From Vitrella brassicaformis CCMP3155 (lineage: Eukaryota; Protista; Chromerida): a DNA stretch of 64,000 nucleotides. This document shows, one piece after another, positions 1 to 12,784 of this stretch (positions within the stretch are counted from its first letter, which is position 1; each line of letters starts with the position of its first letter). Location: assembly GCA_001179505.1 (NCBI GenBank), contig CDMY01000200.1:62001-126000 (forward strand). The letters are read 5' to 3'. The notes beneath the pieces are model-generated. The model did not search any database. It worked only from the letters and a program-made list of their open reading frames with translations, and was not told the origin of the DNA. The translations under genes were made by a program, and so were the position numbers.

Positions 1-2592
1 GTCTCATCCTCATCTCTCCTCGCGGCATCATCAGAGGGGCAGACAGATGGAGGGGCCGGGGGATGAGGCACCGCGTCGAGATCACCCCAAGCAGGGAGGG
101 GGCCGTGCTCCTCCCGTGGTGGCGGCTCACCCTGGCCGTTCTCCTCTGCATCTTCAGCATACTGCGGAAGGGTCACCTGGTGGCACATGGTTGCCGTTGT
201 GGGCATCTCACTGAGAGGCAACACGGGGTAGATGAGCCCACTGACATCCAACTTGGGTGTGGGTGTCGGCAGCGGTCCTCTTGTCAGCTCGATAAGGGCG
301 AAGCGCGGCAGATTGTTGACGTCGATCCAAGCGGACGGCAGATTCAGCAGCCAGTCCACTATGACCTGCTGCTCACTCGTGACGCTCTCCACCTCTTCTG
401 CTTCTTCTGGCTCCTCTCCCTTTGCCTCTCCCTCTGGCTCCTTTGTCTTTCCCTCTTCTGGCTCCCTCTCGACCACCACCGCACCTTCCCCGGGCGCCTC
501 AAGGCGTGCTGCCGGTGTCGTGACATCCTCGCCTCCTTCCAGCCCTTCTCGCTCCTCTGGAGGGGCCGTGGGCTCTGGTGGCTCTGGTGGCTCTGTCGGC
601 TCTGGTGGCTCTGGTGGCTCCGTCGGCTCTGCTCCGGGGGCTGGAGCGGGTGGCTCTGCTGGAGGGGAAGGGGGTGGTGGTTCTGCCGGCGGCTCCGATG
701 ACTCGGGGGGAGGCTGCTTGGGAGGGGGAGGGGAAATCTCGGGGCCAACCTCCTTCGCTTTCGCTCGCCTGCAGAGTGGACACATGGGAGCAGTGATCAA
801 TCGCTGTTGTGATGCCCGGTGTTCGTGGCCGGTTACCATCTTGGCAGGAGTGTTGTCCTGAAGATGGACCAGAGAGCGTCGGAGGCCTCGGTGCGCAGGC
901 TGGCATCGGCCAGCACTTGCGACACGAACTCCCGGCCGAGCTCGAGCGTGGCGCTGTCCTTCATGACCTGGGCCGTCACGTGCTGGGCCTGACATGACAC
1001 ACGACACACACATATAGACTCGCACTGGCATGGACACCGATGTGTGAAATGGGCGTCTTGTGAGGAGGTACCAGGTCCACACAGTACTGTCGCACAACCT
1101 CCGAATTAAGAACAGTGTCGGTGCTGAACATCGAACACAGACGAAAACCATTGTTTGTGTTGCCATCTTTCGTTGCCGTGCTTGGCGTCAGGCGTCCTTA
1201 CACTAAATGCTGGGCGGATTCCCGGACATCCTGCAGCAGGAAACGAAACACCAAATAAGTGAAATGACACAACGCAGGAGCCCTTCCATGTCCATCTTGC
1301 TCACATCTCGCTCGAGCAGGACGCCACACCACTCCCCCGCTGCTTTCTGCGCCGATGGACTGCATCATAACGCATCGCATTGAGACCAAAAGCCATCCAT
1401 CACTGCGGCATTCGCATCTTCTTTCGCTTACAGGAAAATGGCCATCACAAGCAGATCAGACACCTGCTGCTGCACAGTCGGGCTCGACGTCAGGTTCCTG
1501 CAGGCGGACATCCACCACACACACATCTGGCTGTTTGTATGCGCCGCCGTCGGCACATGCAGTGGTGGTGGTCGGCTGTCTCACTTGACGATGTCGTTTG
1601 AGATCTGCATGACTTTGTCCATGACGACCTGGGTGTTGAGCGTCCGCACCACCAAAGAGGCCAGCTCGTTCTCCTGACATGACGACACCATGTCAACAAA
1701 CAGAGGCCTGGTGGGAGTGTCGTGCAGCGTGTGGCGAGGCTGCATACCGAGGATGCGAGTATCTCCATGAACCACTTTTGAACGAGCTGCTGGACCTATC
1801 AGACAGGCAGACAGACACACAAGGATGCAGCAGTGAGAAGAACGGCAAGGGCTGTAATGGTGCTCACCCTCTGGTCCTGCAGGACGTCATCGATCAACTG
1901 CTTGGAGAACTGATTCGCTGGCCCGCCACACAGCAAGGCACACAGCCACAGTAATTTGACGGACGAAGCATGAACGATCAGCGTACCAGTGAACTGCAGC
2001 TGCTCGTTGGTGAGTCCTTCCCTCACAACCTCGGCTCCCTGCCTGCATGAGCGCACAGACGAAGGCACACGTCGGTCATTCCGCGGCACACACGCCCCAC
2101 TCACTTGGATATGAGTGACTTGAATGAGTCCCCATAAGCAAACAGCACCACCCCGATGATGGCCCCCGTTATCGACACGGTCACGATGAAGTTCTGATAC
2201 AGCCGGGTCACCACCATCTCGTAACCCTTCTGCGTCTCATGCTCCAGGTAGCGACGCAAGTTCCTCACCTCACCCAGCACCCACCCGTCCCACCCCTGCT
2301 GACTGTCACCCTGGCCTCCTCCTCCTGCCGATTGCTGACCACCCTTCGATTGTTGACTAGCACCCTCCTGACGCTCCGCATTCCTCTGATCGTTGGCCTG
2401 CTTGCCATTGGAGATGACAGAGCGGAAGGATGCGTCCCTCCAGGGCCTGCTGTGCGGGATGGGAGGGGGCGGGGGCCAATGCGGGAGTGTATGAGTGAAA
2501 GGGGATGACGCATGCGGAGGCGGGACCGACGGCGGGCGAATGGCTTTGGAGGCTGCCTGGGAACACTTGAGCTTGGCCAAATGGCGAAGCAT
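1..2592 (-). CDS. Multi-exon hypothetical protein, 3'-partial: basic N-terminal leader, one TM helix, helical region, then a Pro/Glu-rich tail with EPTEPPEPP repeats
   Basis: ATG at 2592 (MLRHLAKLKCSQAASKAIR). TM FIVTVSITGAIIGVVLFAYG. Phase-compatible small exons near 1990-2050, 1870-1925, 1583-1678, 1438-1490, 1200-1230, 1070-1120 and 837-990. An intron GTAACC...CTGCAG joins PRW to RAKAKEVG; the frame then stays open off the left edge. Mitochondrial targeting is only an inference. Confidence 0.7.
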
Positions 2593-3109
2593 TCAGCTGC
2601 CGGGAGGGATTGTTTCTCGATCAAGACAAGCGCTGTGCGTGTCCATCAGCAAGTTGGCGGTATGAGCTGCGGCTCTCATGACTGCTTTCACTCGGAAAGC
2701 ACCACGCAGCGGTTTCAGGGAGCACCCGAAATTGCCGCGCATTGCGAGCTTTGGTACGATCGCCAGAGAAAAGTTCGTTGTCACGGCGGTTCCATACAAT
2801 CTCAATCACCGTGATGAGTTTGACAGACAAGAAGTCATTCAGTCGGTCATAAATGAATTCGGAAACACCGTCCAATTAAACCGGCAGTCCGCCACGCAGT
2901 CAGGCAGCAGGTGCGTCATCACTGCTTCGTTCACCTGACACCTCCACATAAGTGGTGAGCACGTGAACAGCGACGCCTCACCATCTGCCTAGTGAGCCGC
3001 GCGTGCATGTCATACAACGGACGTGACACGCATCGACAAGCATCCACCCCTACACCAAAATTCCCCCGTCTCTGCCTGGCTGCCACGTGCTTGCTATCTT
3101 TGCTCTCTC

Positions 3110-5492
3110 TCATGTGCGCGGCATCAATCTGAAGGTCTCCCTCCCGTCCCGCCCCTTGTCGACCCACCCCACCGCCCCCCACTCCACCACAGCCACATCC
3201 TTGCTGAAGCCGTTGTCGATCTCCCCCGCCAGCCCCCATTTGGCCGCCTCGTCCAGGATGGCCCGCTGCACCACCTCACGCAACTCCATCTTGCGGCCAC
3301 CCACACCGCCCACTACAAAGCACTGCAGCTGCGGCACACGCACCAGCTGGCCGCCCACATCGGCCGTCCCGCCCACCACCTCCCTGTTGCTGCTGGCCTG
3401 GTACACCGCCGAGCGGACAAAATGCTCCGCTGCCGCACACACACGGCGGGCCATGCCGCTGTGCCGCACACCAATGGCCTCACTGATGGCCTCCTGTGCG
3501 GCATCCATGTCGAAGAGGTATGACGCGATGCGCCAGCCGACGATGGGGGCCTCCTGCGGGCCGACGGCCAGCCGGGGGGTCAGGAGGGCCGCGAGGGAGC
3601 GGTGGGGGGCGAGGGCGGCATTGACGGCCGCCATGACGGGGGGACCCAGCTCGTTGAGCACTGTGGCGTACTCGGTGAGCGCCAGCTGGCGCTGACGGCG
3701 GCGCACCGCCGCATGCTCCGGCAGCACCAGCTGGCGCTGATGGCGGTCCTCCTCTATGGGAATGCTGCTGATGTCGGCCCCCACCCGCAGCAGGCTGCGG
3801 ATGATCAGCTTGTAGTTGGGAATCTCGGCGCGATGCCGCTCCTTGGTGGCTTCGGGTGTGTTGGGGTCCTGAACCTCTCGAGTGCAGCGATCGAGCTCAA
3901 AGGCAGCTGTGTCGAGGGGCGTGTCGCCAGAGTTGTCCCGTCTGTTGATCTGGTCAGCGGGCAGCTTGCGGCAGACGTAGTCGGCCACGTGGGGAGAGCT
4001 CCACAGTGCCGCCGTTTGCAGTGGTGTCCATCCAATGCCATTGGCTGCCGTCATGTCGGCCCCTCTCGCCGTGATGAGGTCCAGGTAGCTGTCGATGAAC
4101 CACTGCGGGTAGTGGCCCCGAGCCACCTAAGCTGCCTGGTGCACCAGGTTGTAGCCATAGCGTTGTTCGGTTGCGAGGGTGGGGTCTCGTTGGATGAGGT
4201 GCCGAAACATCGACATGAGCCGCCGCAGATACTCGGAGGGAGGCGGACGCATGGCATAGGGCAGCTCCATCCGCATGCGTGGGCCTCGTGGGCGCAGGTC
4301 GATGTCGTGACGAAGCATCAGCAGCTCGAAGGCCGTCTGATTGCCGGATGCAATCGCCAACCCAATGGGCGTCCAGAGACTCCCATCGGCCTCCAAATTG
4401 AGGTCGGCGCCTCCGTCGAGGAGTGCGGTCAGGACGGCCGACTGCAGCTCGTCAGACGACCCCTGTGGCAGGGCGACGAAACGGAGGACAGCATGACTGT
4501 CTTCTGCTTGGATGGTCGGGACGGCATAATCCGACTTGTCGTCAATGGCGAGCTGGACCAGCGAGTAGGGAAAGCCAGCCCACTCGCTGCTCTTCTGCCG
4601 CAGTCGAGGCACCACATTCGGGTCGGCGCCCTGCCCGATGAGGTCGGTCACTTGCTGGGGGCTGGTGATGGTACGGCCGATGATGCCCAGTGTCAGCTGC
4701 TTGGTGGGGTCGTCCGTGTCGTGGGGGAATCGAGCCTCGATGTCATCGGGTCCCAAACATCCTAAGTCGTCTGGCACCTCAACCGTGGTGGCCGCCACCA
4801 CAGGATGGCCTGCAACACACACACACAGCCACCACACGGCACACACAGAGAAGGAATGTGTGTGCGGATCACATTCTTTCGCCTCTGTCTGTCTGTCTGT
4901 CTGTCTGGCGCACCGTCCTCCTCATTGTCGTCGTCGTCGTCATCGAAGCCGTCGCCCAGCGGCCCACCGTCGTCATCACTGTCATCCTGCACACCATCCT
5001 GCCACAACAAAGAGAGAGAGTGAGAGTGAGAAACACTGCTGACGCTCGTCGCATGGGGCGGCTGGCGCTGTCAATGAGTGACTCACCGATTCGGATTCGC
5101 TATCAGCTGCCGCCTGTAGACCTTCTCCCTCCTCCTCGGCCATCTCGCCGTCCTCCTCATGCGACAAATCTGAAACGAAGACATTCAAACACATTCGTAA
5201 CCAAAGCGAAAATGAGTGTGCTACTGGTGTGTTGATCAGTCTGTGTGGCGGGCTGTTGACTCACCACTGTCAGCGTCACTGTCGTCTTGCCCGTCTGGCT
5301 GCCCGCCGCCATTGTTGTCCTCCTCAGCCACATCGTCTGCACACACCATCGAAGGCACACACACACACACGTGTGGCGCTGATGCTGTGTGTTTGATGTG
5401 TCACATTCATCTGTGTGTGGCGTACCCGCATCGCCACCGTCACCGTCCGCCATGGCAGCGGAGGCCATGTGGCTGTCGTGACCGTCGGACAT
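3110..5492 (-). pseudogene. Ankyrin-repeat family paralog A1 with an in-frame TAG
   Basis: Acidic micro-exons start with MSDGHDSHMASAAMADG (ATG 5492). The large exon has ankyrin motifs (TPIGLAIASGN, WTPLQTAALWSSPHVADYL, DTPLDTAA). TAG at 4127-4129 sits where paralogs have Ile (AAIQAEGRY / AAINALGHY). Confidence 0.8.
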
Positions 5493-6216
5493 CTCACTCA
5501 AACAGACACCAACAGCTGCACCGACCACACACACAGAGAGGCGACAAGAGATGGGCAGACACCTGCTGGATGTCTTGTGTCGTGTCTGTGCTCGCCCCAC
5601 CTAGCTATGAGTCAAATGGTACAAAGGCACTCAATCAGTCCGCCCCGTCACCAAGGCCGACCTGCAGAACACGACACACAACACACGAAGGCCGCACATC
5701 ACCTGACGACTAGTGGTGAACGAATCGCCGTACCGTCGGATGGCTCTCTCCTGCTAAGCGCCGCGATGATAATTCCCCAGAGAAGGCCTCCAGCGATGGG
5801 AAGGAGGCCCGTCCGTCCAAGAGAAATGTCAGAGTGATAGCCAAACGGATGGGCGGAGGGATGGACGTGACCTCAGTGAGTCCCTCCCTTCGTCATCTTT
5901 CCTTCCCCTTCCTCCTCTCCCTGTGCCTCGTCTGCGAGCTTTTTGATCCGACCGCCGAGAAAGGAGGTGACAAAGAACCCCGTTTGAAGAGATCTATGAC
6001 AGGCAGCACACGAGCAGGCAATCTGGATCGACAAAAGCTGAAAGTGACGGCGAAAAACCGACACGAGCGACCCTGGCCGCGAAGTAACCCAGCCGTCGGT
6101 CGTTTGAGAGGCCATTTTTTGACGTTTTGAGCCTTCCCGCGATACGTTTTGAGCCTTCCCGCGATGGCGCAGCCTCAGCCCGAAGGTATCAATGCGCAGA
6201 CGGCTCGACAGTTACC

Positions 6217-8232
6217 ATGGAAAAGCCGAACGTTGCATGTGCTGCAGGCAAGGCATCTGTGGCCACCGGCGAGTCAGCCACGACCTCTCAGCAGCAGCAG
6301 CCGTCGGGTCCCCTCGCCATGGCAACAGCGGCTGCCGTCGGCATCACGGGCAATGGCAATGGCAACGGCGGACACGAGCCTGACATCAGCTCAGCTGCCG
6401 GCGGATGGATGGATGGATGTCCTCTCTTCCGCGTGTTGTCGTCGCTGCAGTGTCTGCTGGTGAGGGTCGTGTGTACGGGCAGCGGGAGTGGAAACTGATC
6501 ACCCCGTGGCTCAAGGGTGCTGGACACACACACGGCACATCCACCATCCACAGCGAGCCGTGTTTGCAATGGTCCTCCTTGGCTGTGTATGGTCTGTGTG
6601 TGCAGTTGGTGACAAGGTGAGTGTGCTCAACGCCAATCCGCTGTACGTGGAGGCCGAGTGCGTCGAGGGCGACCGCAAGGGCGTCACCGGCAGGTTCATG
6701 TCCAAATGCGTCAACTCCGACAACACATTCGTCGGTACGTCGGCAGCCGCCCAAAGCGCAGAGAGGGGGAGGGAACTATGCAGAGCGGTCTGGTGTGTTG
6801 TGTTGTTGGGTCTGTCAGGTGAGATCGTGATGCCTAGTGGTGGTGGTGACGTTAGTGCTGCTGCTGCTGCGGGTACGAATTTCAATACTCAGACGATAAC
6901 CGACACACACACCTATGAGGCCTCCTCCGTCTCCTCCGTGTTGCAGGTTCGTTCTCGATGGCGTATCCCGGTCCGTCTGTGTCGGCCTACCCCGCCGTGC
7001 AGACCGCACTCAGCCACTACGGCTACTACCCAACGCCATACAACGGAGGAGAGGGTGAGGGGAGCACACCGACACGCTGGACGAGGACGGGTGTACACGT
7101 GTGTCTGCCCCTTTGGCAGGTCCGCGTGTGCCGGGGGCGGGTACCATGGTGCAGGAGGTGATCGTGGAGAGACCCAATGGCGGCGTCATGCAGGGTGAGT
7201 GGGTGGACAGAGGGGCGCGGGAGGAGGGTGGCGGCATCGGGTCATACGTCTGTGTGTCTGTGTGTCTGTCTGTCTGTCTGTTGTGTGTAGGTTTCCGTCC
7301 GATGGTTGGTGACATGCCGAGCTACGCTGCGCCCTTCACAAGCATGCCCGGCTACTTGGCTTACCTGACAGGTACATGGCCCTCCCCCCTCTCCCCTTCC
7401 CCATCCCCGCACACACATGTCCGTGTGCAACGATCCCATCCACCCCCCTGTGTGTGTGTAGATGCTGACGAGAAGGCCAAGGTGATGAGTAAGTTGTTGA
7501 GCGCTACGGCCCCTGCCGACATCAGAGCGGCGGTGCAGGAGTACATCCAGCCCATTCTGCCCGTCGCCTGGGTATCCAAAGTCTGCGCCAACATGGTCAT
7601 CGAATACTGCAAAGCCAAAGTAAGCCGGGATGGCTGGATGGACACAAGAGACCGAGACACATTGCGTGTGTTGGCTTCCCCTTTGTCAGCTGACGTCTGA
7701 GGTGCTGGTGGGTCTGGGGAGCGACCCCGCTCCCCCGGCCAAGGCCATCGCACTCGTGCAGGGGCTCTCCGCCGCCCTGCCGTCGCTCACCGAGACCGCC
7801 CCGCCCCCCGACAGCAACACGCCCCTGGCCATCCTGACAACGCCCGCATTCCACAAGGCCATCGCCGACGTAGACATCGACGCCATCGACGAGAACACAT
7901 ACACAAAGCTGCGGGACCTCCTCATGTCCGAGTACGGAACTAACGAAGAGGTCATTGTGGTCATTATGTCCCTCCCTGTGTGTGCATGTTGTCAATGCAG
8001 TTCTGAGTTGGTCAACACGTCCTACGTGTATCTGCTGGCGCTGGTGTGGGTGGCGGTGATGCTCCTGCGCAAGACCAAGTACACCAACATCCAGCTGCAG
8101 CAGGAGGATCTGGAGCTGTCGACGGACGGCATCGTGGGGGTGGGGCTGGAGGCGTGCTTTGCCCCACTGCCAGTGGGCAGCGGCACGGCCGGCAAGGATG
8201 AGAAGGGCGGAGAGGGGGAGGGGGACAAGTGA
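6217..8232 (+). CDS. Multi-exon gene: SH3-like N-terminal exons, Pro/Tyr-rich linker, helical region and C-terminal TM segment (possibly disrupted)
   Basis: Spliced VSAGEGRVYGQREWKLITPWLK|VGDKVSVLNANPLYVEAECVEGDRKGVTGRFMSKCV resembles an SH3 fold. Phase-compatible exons follow, ending YVYLLALVWVAVMLL...EGDK* at 8232. The first donor, present in copy 2 (TACG|GTAAG), has lost 3 bp here. Confidence 0.6.
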
Positions 8233-8930
8233 GTGTCTCTCTCACACACATCACACACATAAGGGAGGGGGTATCTGGGGAGTAGTCAGACGGACGGTAG
8301 CCTCGGCAGTTTTTGCAATGAATCCATCCATCCATCTGTGTGTCCGTTGGATCCTTCAGTGCGATGTTTGTGCAGTCTGACGGCATGAGACACCGATCTC
8401 AATCGTATGCATGTGTGAATGGATGGATGGATGTGTGTGTGTGTGTGTTTGTCTTCTCCTTTGCCGCCCTGCCTGCCAATCGATTCGCCGTGTCTGGACG
8501 TCGCCTCTCCGTGCTTCACCCACCCAGAGGGACGCCTCCTGCCTGCCTGACTGCCTTCCATTTTCTGGCTAAGTCGTCCGTGTGTGTGGTTTGGGTTGTC
8601 CGTGTGTGTGCGTGCGTGTAGACCGTTTGCCGACACTTCGGCATGGAGCGACTGGAGGGATGGAATCAGTTCTGATTGGCGCACACACAACAAGTCACAC
8701 AAACGGACAAATACCACAACGGACACCCTCCCTGTTTACTCAGCTAGATGAAGATCATCATGCAGATGACTAATTGCGTGCGCTACAGCAATGACTGTCC
8801 ATCCAAAGGCATCCCGAATCACGCCATACGACAAACACACACTTAGTACGCACCTTGGGGCACCACACGTGCCTACCTACAGTCACTCCCCCTCCCTCCC
8901 TCCCTCCCTCTTTGTGTGTACAGCAGACCC

Positions 8931-10612
8931 CTATGCAGCCACCACCTTCTGGCGGACGAGCGCAGCTGTGCGGGGGTACCGCTGATCTGGGCGGCGCTTC
9001 CAAGCGACGGGGGGCTCCGTGGTGCAGATCTTCAGGCTCGAGTCAACGCGGACCAGGAAATCATCGGCCGCCTTGTCCCCACAGAGAATGAGGATCGTCC
9101 CATCCCACTCCATACTTGCGCCGTCGACCGACCACTCGTCCGCTTTGCGGCAGCCCTTCCACTGGCCCCGTGGCTGCCGCATGACGTCTTGGGTGAGCTG
9201 GTACTCCTTGGGAGGTGGAATGATGAGGTCATCTGGGAGCGTGAAGTGGGGGCGCAGACGAAAGTCGAACCCGTTCACGAAATCCCTGTCGATCAAAACG
9301 ACGATGATATCCGTGAAGGAAGAGTACACGTACTCGTCACCTGCAGACAGACAGCAGAAATGGAAAGGATCCATGCGCTCTGCGTAACCTCTCTCGGCTG
9401 CTCACGTTTGGTCGGCGGGTCGGGATCAGTCAAATCGATGCTGACGTAGGTCAGGGGGTCTGTTGACCAGTCGGGCCAGCCCAGATAGTCCTGGCCGTTG
9501 ACACGGCTCAGATCCACACACTGGCGGACACGGTGACTGAATAGCGAGTACTGGCGCACCGCCGGGGGCCGCGTGTCGAAGACCGCCCGGCTGCCCGCCT
9601 GCCGCAGATCGTGTGCCGTGATGGTGATGGGCAGAGAGGGGAGGCGGTGGCTGTTCTTGAGGTAGTAGATGAGCGACACACAGCGGTCCCAGCAGCCGCC
9701 CTCCTCGATGACATACAACACCCGCAACAGATAACCCTCCCTGGTGTCGACCAGCCGCAGCACGTCCACCAGGTCATACCAGATTAGACGGCACATTATG
9801 CCCAGGCAGACCGGCAACAATATGCCGAGATGCCATCTCATGGCGACAATGACCGGCTGAACGGAAGACTCGTCGCTCGGGGGCCACATCCAGGCGATGC
9901 AGATCTCAGAGATGAAAAGCAACGCCAGAGCACAATCGAAGCAGATCACGCCGCCGGACCGCAGAAGGTCAAATGCGTCGCCATACGCCACCGAAAACTG
10001 CCGAAACGCTCGCACGACGAAGGACGCCTCCCCAAGCCATCGGATGGCCACGTCAATCACAAGAAACGGAACCACCCAGGCGAGAAGGTAGAGAAGCCCC
10101 TGGAAATCCGCGGGAACACAGCCAGCTGCTGCACCAGAAACGGTGTCAGGACGACGGCCCAGCTGTGGATGGACATGTAAATGAAGATGAAGACGCGGAA
10201 ACCCACGGCTACTTGAACGAACGAGAGTGGAGACCGCACTGAAGATCGCCGCCATCCACTGCAGCAGAATCTGCAGGACCGTCTCGCACCGCTTCTGGTA
10301 GGTGAGCACTCCACTAAGGCCCTTCTCGCGAATGGCCGCGTCGAGGCGGTGCGTCAGGTTGACCTCGCTGACCAGCTGGCAGCCGACGCTCTTGGACGAG
10401 GCTCGAAGGGCGACGCAGTCATATGCCGTCAGGGAGGCCAGCAGCCGCCTCTCCACATCCTCAGGCAAGCCGACCAACGAGCACGCATCGGCGTCCGTCT
10501 GACGTGCACACACACACCCCCGCAGACCCGATAGACCCAGTGGATGCAGGAGTGGCCATGTGTGAGTGGAGTGCTCTCTTACCATTGGTGCCCCTGCTCC
10601 GCTACTCGTCAT
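8931..10612 (-). CDS. F-box-like multi-pass membrane protein, copy 1 (contains compensating frameshifts)
   Basis: Exons 10612-10583, 10498-9406 and 9340-8931. N-terminal SLVGLPEDVERRLLASLTAYDCVALRASSKS fits the F-box consensus. Several hydrophobic segments follow. Confidence 0.7.
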
Positions 10613-10895
10613 CAGATCCCGCCAGCTCTACTAGATCCTGCACCAAGCACAGCCACATATATATGTGCACGGCGTGCTGGTTGTGTTGTTGTTCTTCGTG
10701 TTACCGTGGGCACTGTGTTTGCGCACCGGCATCTGCCGCGATAGAGGATGAGCCCAGGGATGCAAGTATCAGTGACTGTCCTCCGTTCAATGACCACACT
10801 CGAGAGTCAGATCCGATCAGCTGCGTACGCAATGCGCGTCAGATCCCCTTTTCTGCCCCCATCTCCCTTTCCCCTTCCGCCACGCGGGCTTCGAT

Positions 10896-12607
10896 GGAAC
10901 CCCCGCGAACGCGGGTCGACGAACGGGTACGAGGGGGTAGGGGCCCCCTCGTAACGGAAGGCGATCGGAAAGGGACACCTTACAAAATGTCCGGGATCGA
11001 AAGGTACAAAATAAACCAGTGATCGCCAGTGGCCAGTGGTTGACCCTTAGGGTATCCGTCAAAAGGCGGCTGGGCAGTGTGAGGCGATTTGGCAGCCATT
11101 CCTGAAGATCTGGGGAAGCCGAATGAAGAGGTGCTTGCTCGTGAACGACGATGCTGGCCGAGAAACCGAAAATCGGCTGCACTTGTGTGTGATCTGAAGA
11201 GAGGGCACGGACAGCGAAGGGAGGTGGTGAGTCGGACGACGCAATGTCGCCCCCTCCCCCTTGAATGGGGGAGGGGGCTGCAAAAGGTCAGTATCCATCA
11301 GTCAGGGGTCACAGGCAGAAGAGAGCACGTCGACCACAGACCGATTGAAGGCGATGATGGCCGTCACGCAGCATTCTGGCACGCAGATCTACTCTCTGAG
11401 CACTCCTGTGTCTGCCTGGCAGGTGTGTTGATGTTTCGTTTGGCCGGCCGCATTGCCGCTTTCTCCCTAATTGCACGGTGAGCTGATGGCTGTCATGGAG
11501 GATTCTGGCACACAGATCTAGTCGTCTGAGCGCTCCTGTGTTTGCCTGGCAGGTGTGTCGGTGTTTCGTTTGGCCGCATTGCCGCCTTCTCTACTGCACG
11601 GTGAGCTGATGGCCGTCTCGCAGGATTCCGGCACACAGATCTACTCGTCTGAGCGCTCCTGTGTTTGTCTGGCAGGTGTGTTGGTGTTTCGTTTGGCCGC
11701 ATTGCCGCCTTCTCTACTGCACGGTGAGCTGATGGCCGTCACGCAGGATTCCGGCACATAGATCTAGTCGTCTGAGCGCTCTTATGTTTGCCTGGCAGGT
11801 GTGTTGATGTTTTGTTTGCCGCATTGCCGCCGTCTCTACTGCACGGTGAGCTGATGGCCGTCACGCAGGATTCCGGCACAGAGATCTAGTCGTCTGAGCG
11901 CTCTTTTGTTTGCCTGGCAGGTGTGTTGATGTTTTGTTTGCCGCATTGCCGCCGTCTCTACTGCACGGTGATCGCATGAGCTGATGGCCGCGACGCAGTA
12001 TTCCAGCTTATACACATATGCTCCCACATGTGTGCTCCGGTATGCGGGTCCTCTCGCATTCATGTGTATGCGCCATTGATTCGTGCATCCACAGCATCTG
12101 AGCACAAAGCTCTTGGCGTGTTTTATCGTTAATTAATACGCCGACGGATGGGAATGCAGTGAGTGTCTATACAGCGTACAGGGCATGTCGAGCGGGTCAG
12201 CTATATCTGGGTCAGAAGGATAGAAGTGCGAGAGATGTCTGACTACTGCTAAAAGTCTGTTGGGGCCGGTCCGCCGCTCCTCTCCCTTGCTTGTGTCGCA
12301 CCCTAGCGGTGGGATACCGGTGGTGTAGGATTCATATTGTGTCTTTCTTGGCCGTCCCTCCCTCTATCCCAGTCTGTCTCCCTCCATGCTTCTCTTCACG
12401 CCTCCCTTCCAATCGCCTTTTTGCTACCTGCCACGCCCTGTGCCTGCCTTTTTTTATTATGGTATCGCGAAGTCCCACGCGGCAGGTCTTTTTTGCAGAT
12501 CTGCCACGCTTACGATTAATGATGGGGGGGAGGGGGAAGATTGAGACAAACAGAAGCTGCCGTGTGAACAAACCCCGAAAAGCATGAGAAACCACACGCG
12601 TTCCTCC
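10896..12607. mobile_element. About 1.7-kb non-autonomous insertion with target-site duplication
   Basis: Absent from the paralogous site (21326-21340, gcttcgatcgcctcg). Flanked by TCGAT at 10891-10895 and 12608-12612. Ends are GGAAC (10896) and GTTCC (12600-12604). No transposase ORF. Confidence 0.8.
11355..12000. repeat. Tandem array of about 123-bp units (5 full plus 1 partial)
   Basis: Units begin TGATGGCCGTCACGCAGGATT at about 11355, 11484, 11607, 11730, 11852 and 11982. The units are contiguous, with no unique spacers. Confidence 0.95.
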
Positions 12608-12784
12608 TCGATCGCCTCGACGCGGGAAATTAGGAGGCGGACAGCACACCCTTCTGAGTAGATATAAGACAACCAGCGGGCAAGGAGGCAAACGGAATCG
12701 AGAAACCTTCATTCGATTCATTAATTCCTATTCCTGACTTCATGTCGCCTTCTGCCTGGAGCAGCCTTGTGGCCCGTCGGCAGC

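Noticed and set aside
1-839. Separate gene starting at an ATG overlapping a TAA at 833-835
   Set aside because: A GTAACC...CTGCAG intron joins this frame in phase to the upstream exons, so it is the tail of one gene.
4127-4129. In-frame TAG in A1 as programmed recoding (Sec or Pyl), prompted by the nearby SBP2
   Set aside because: Sec uses UGA. The aligned residue in intact paralogs is Ile, and two other paralogs are broken by ordinary frameshifts, so a nonsense mutation or sequencing error is simpler.
3602-4765. Long antisense ORFs over real genes (also 15528-16274, 20266-21186, 39532-40383, 26595-27320, 60150-60929)
   Set aside because: These are shadow frames of GC-rich coding exons. They have no domain motifs or splice support and are not conserved between paralogs.
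5160-5720. Conserved block upstream of each ankyrin ORF as a MITE or ncRNA
   Set aside because: It resolves into the gene's own acidic micro-exons (MSDGHDSHMAS..., DDVAEEDNNGG...) plus introns and promoter.
11355-12000. 123-bp array as a CRISPR array
   Set aside because: The units are contiguous full-length repeats with no unique spacers, there are no cas genes, and the context is eukaryotic.
11355-12000. Array units as hammerhead ribozymes or as a repeat-protein ORF
   Set aside because: CTGATGG resembles CUGANGA, but no GAAA partner occurs on the same strand. The units carry stops and frame-breaking length differences (129, 123, 123, 122, 130).
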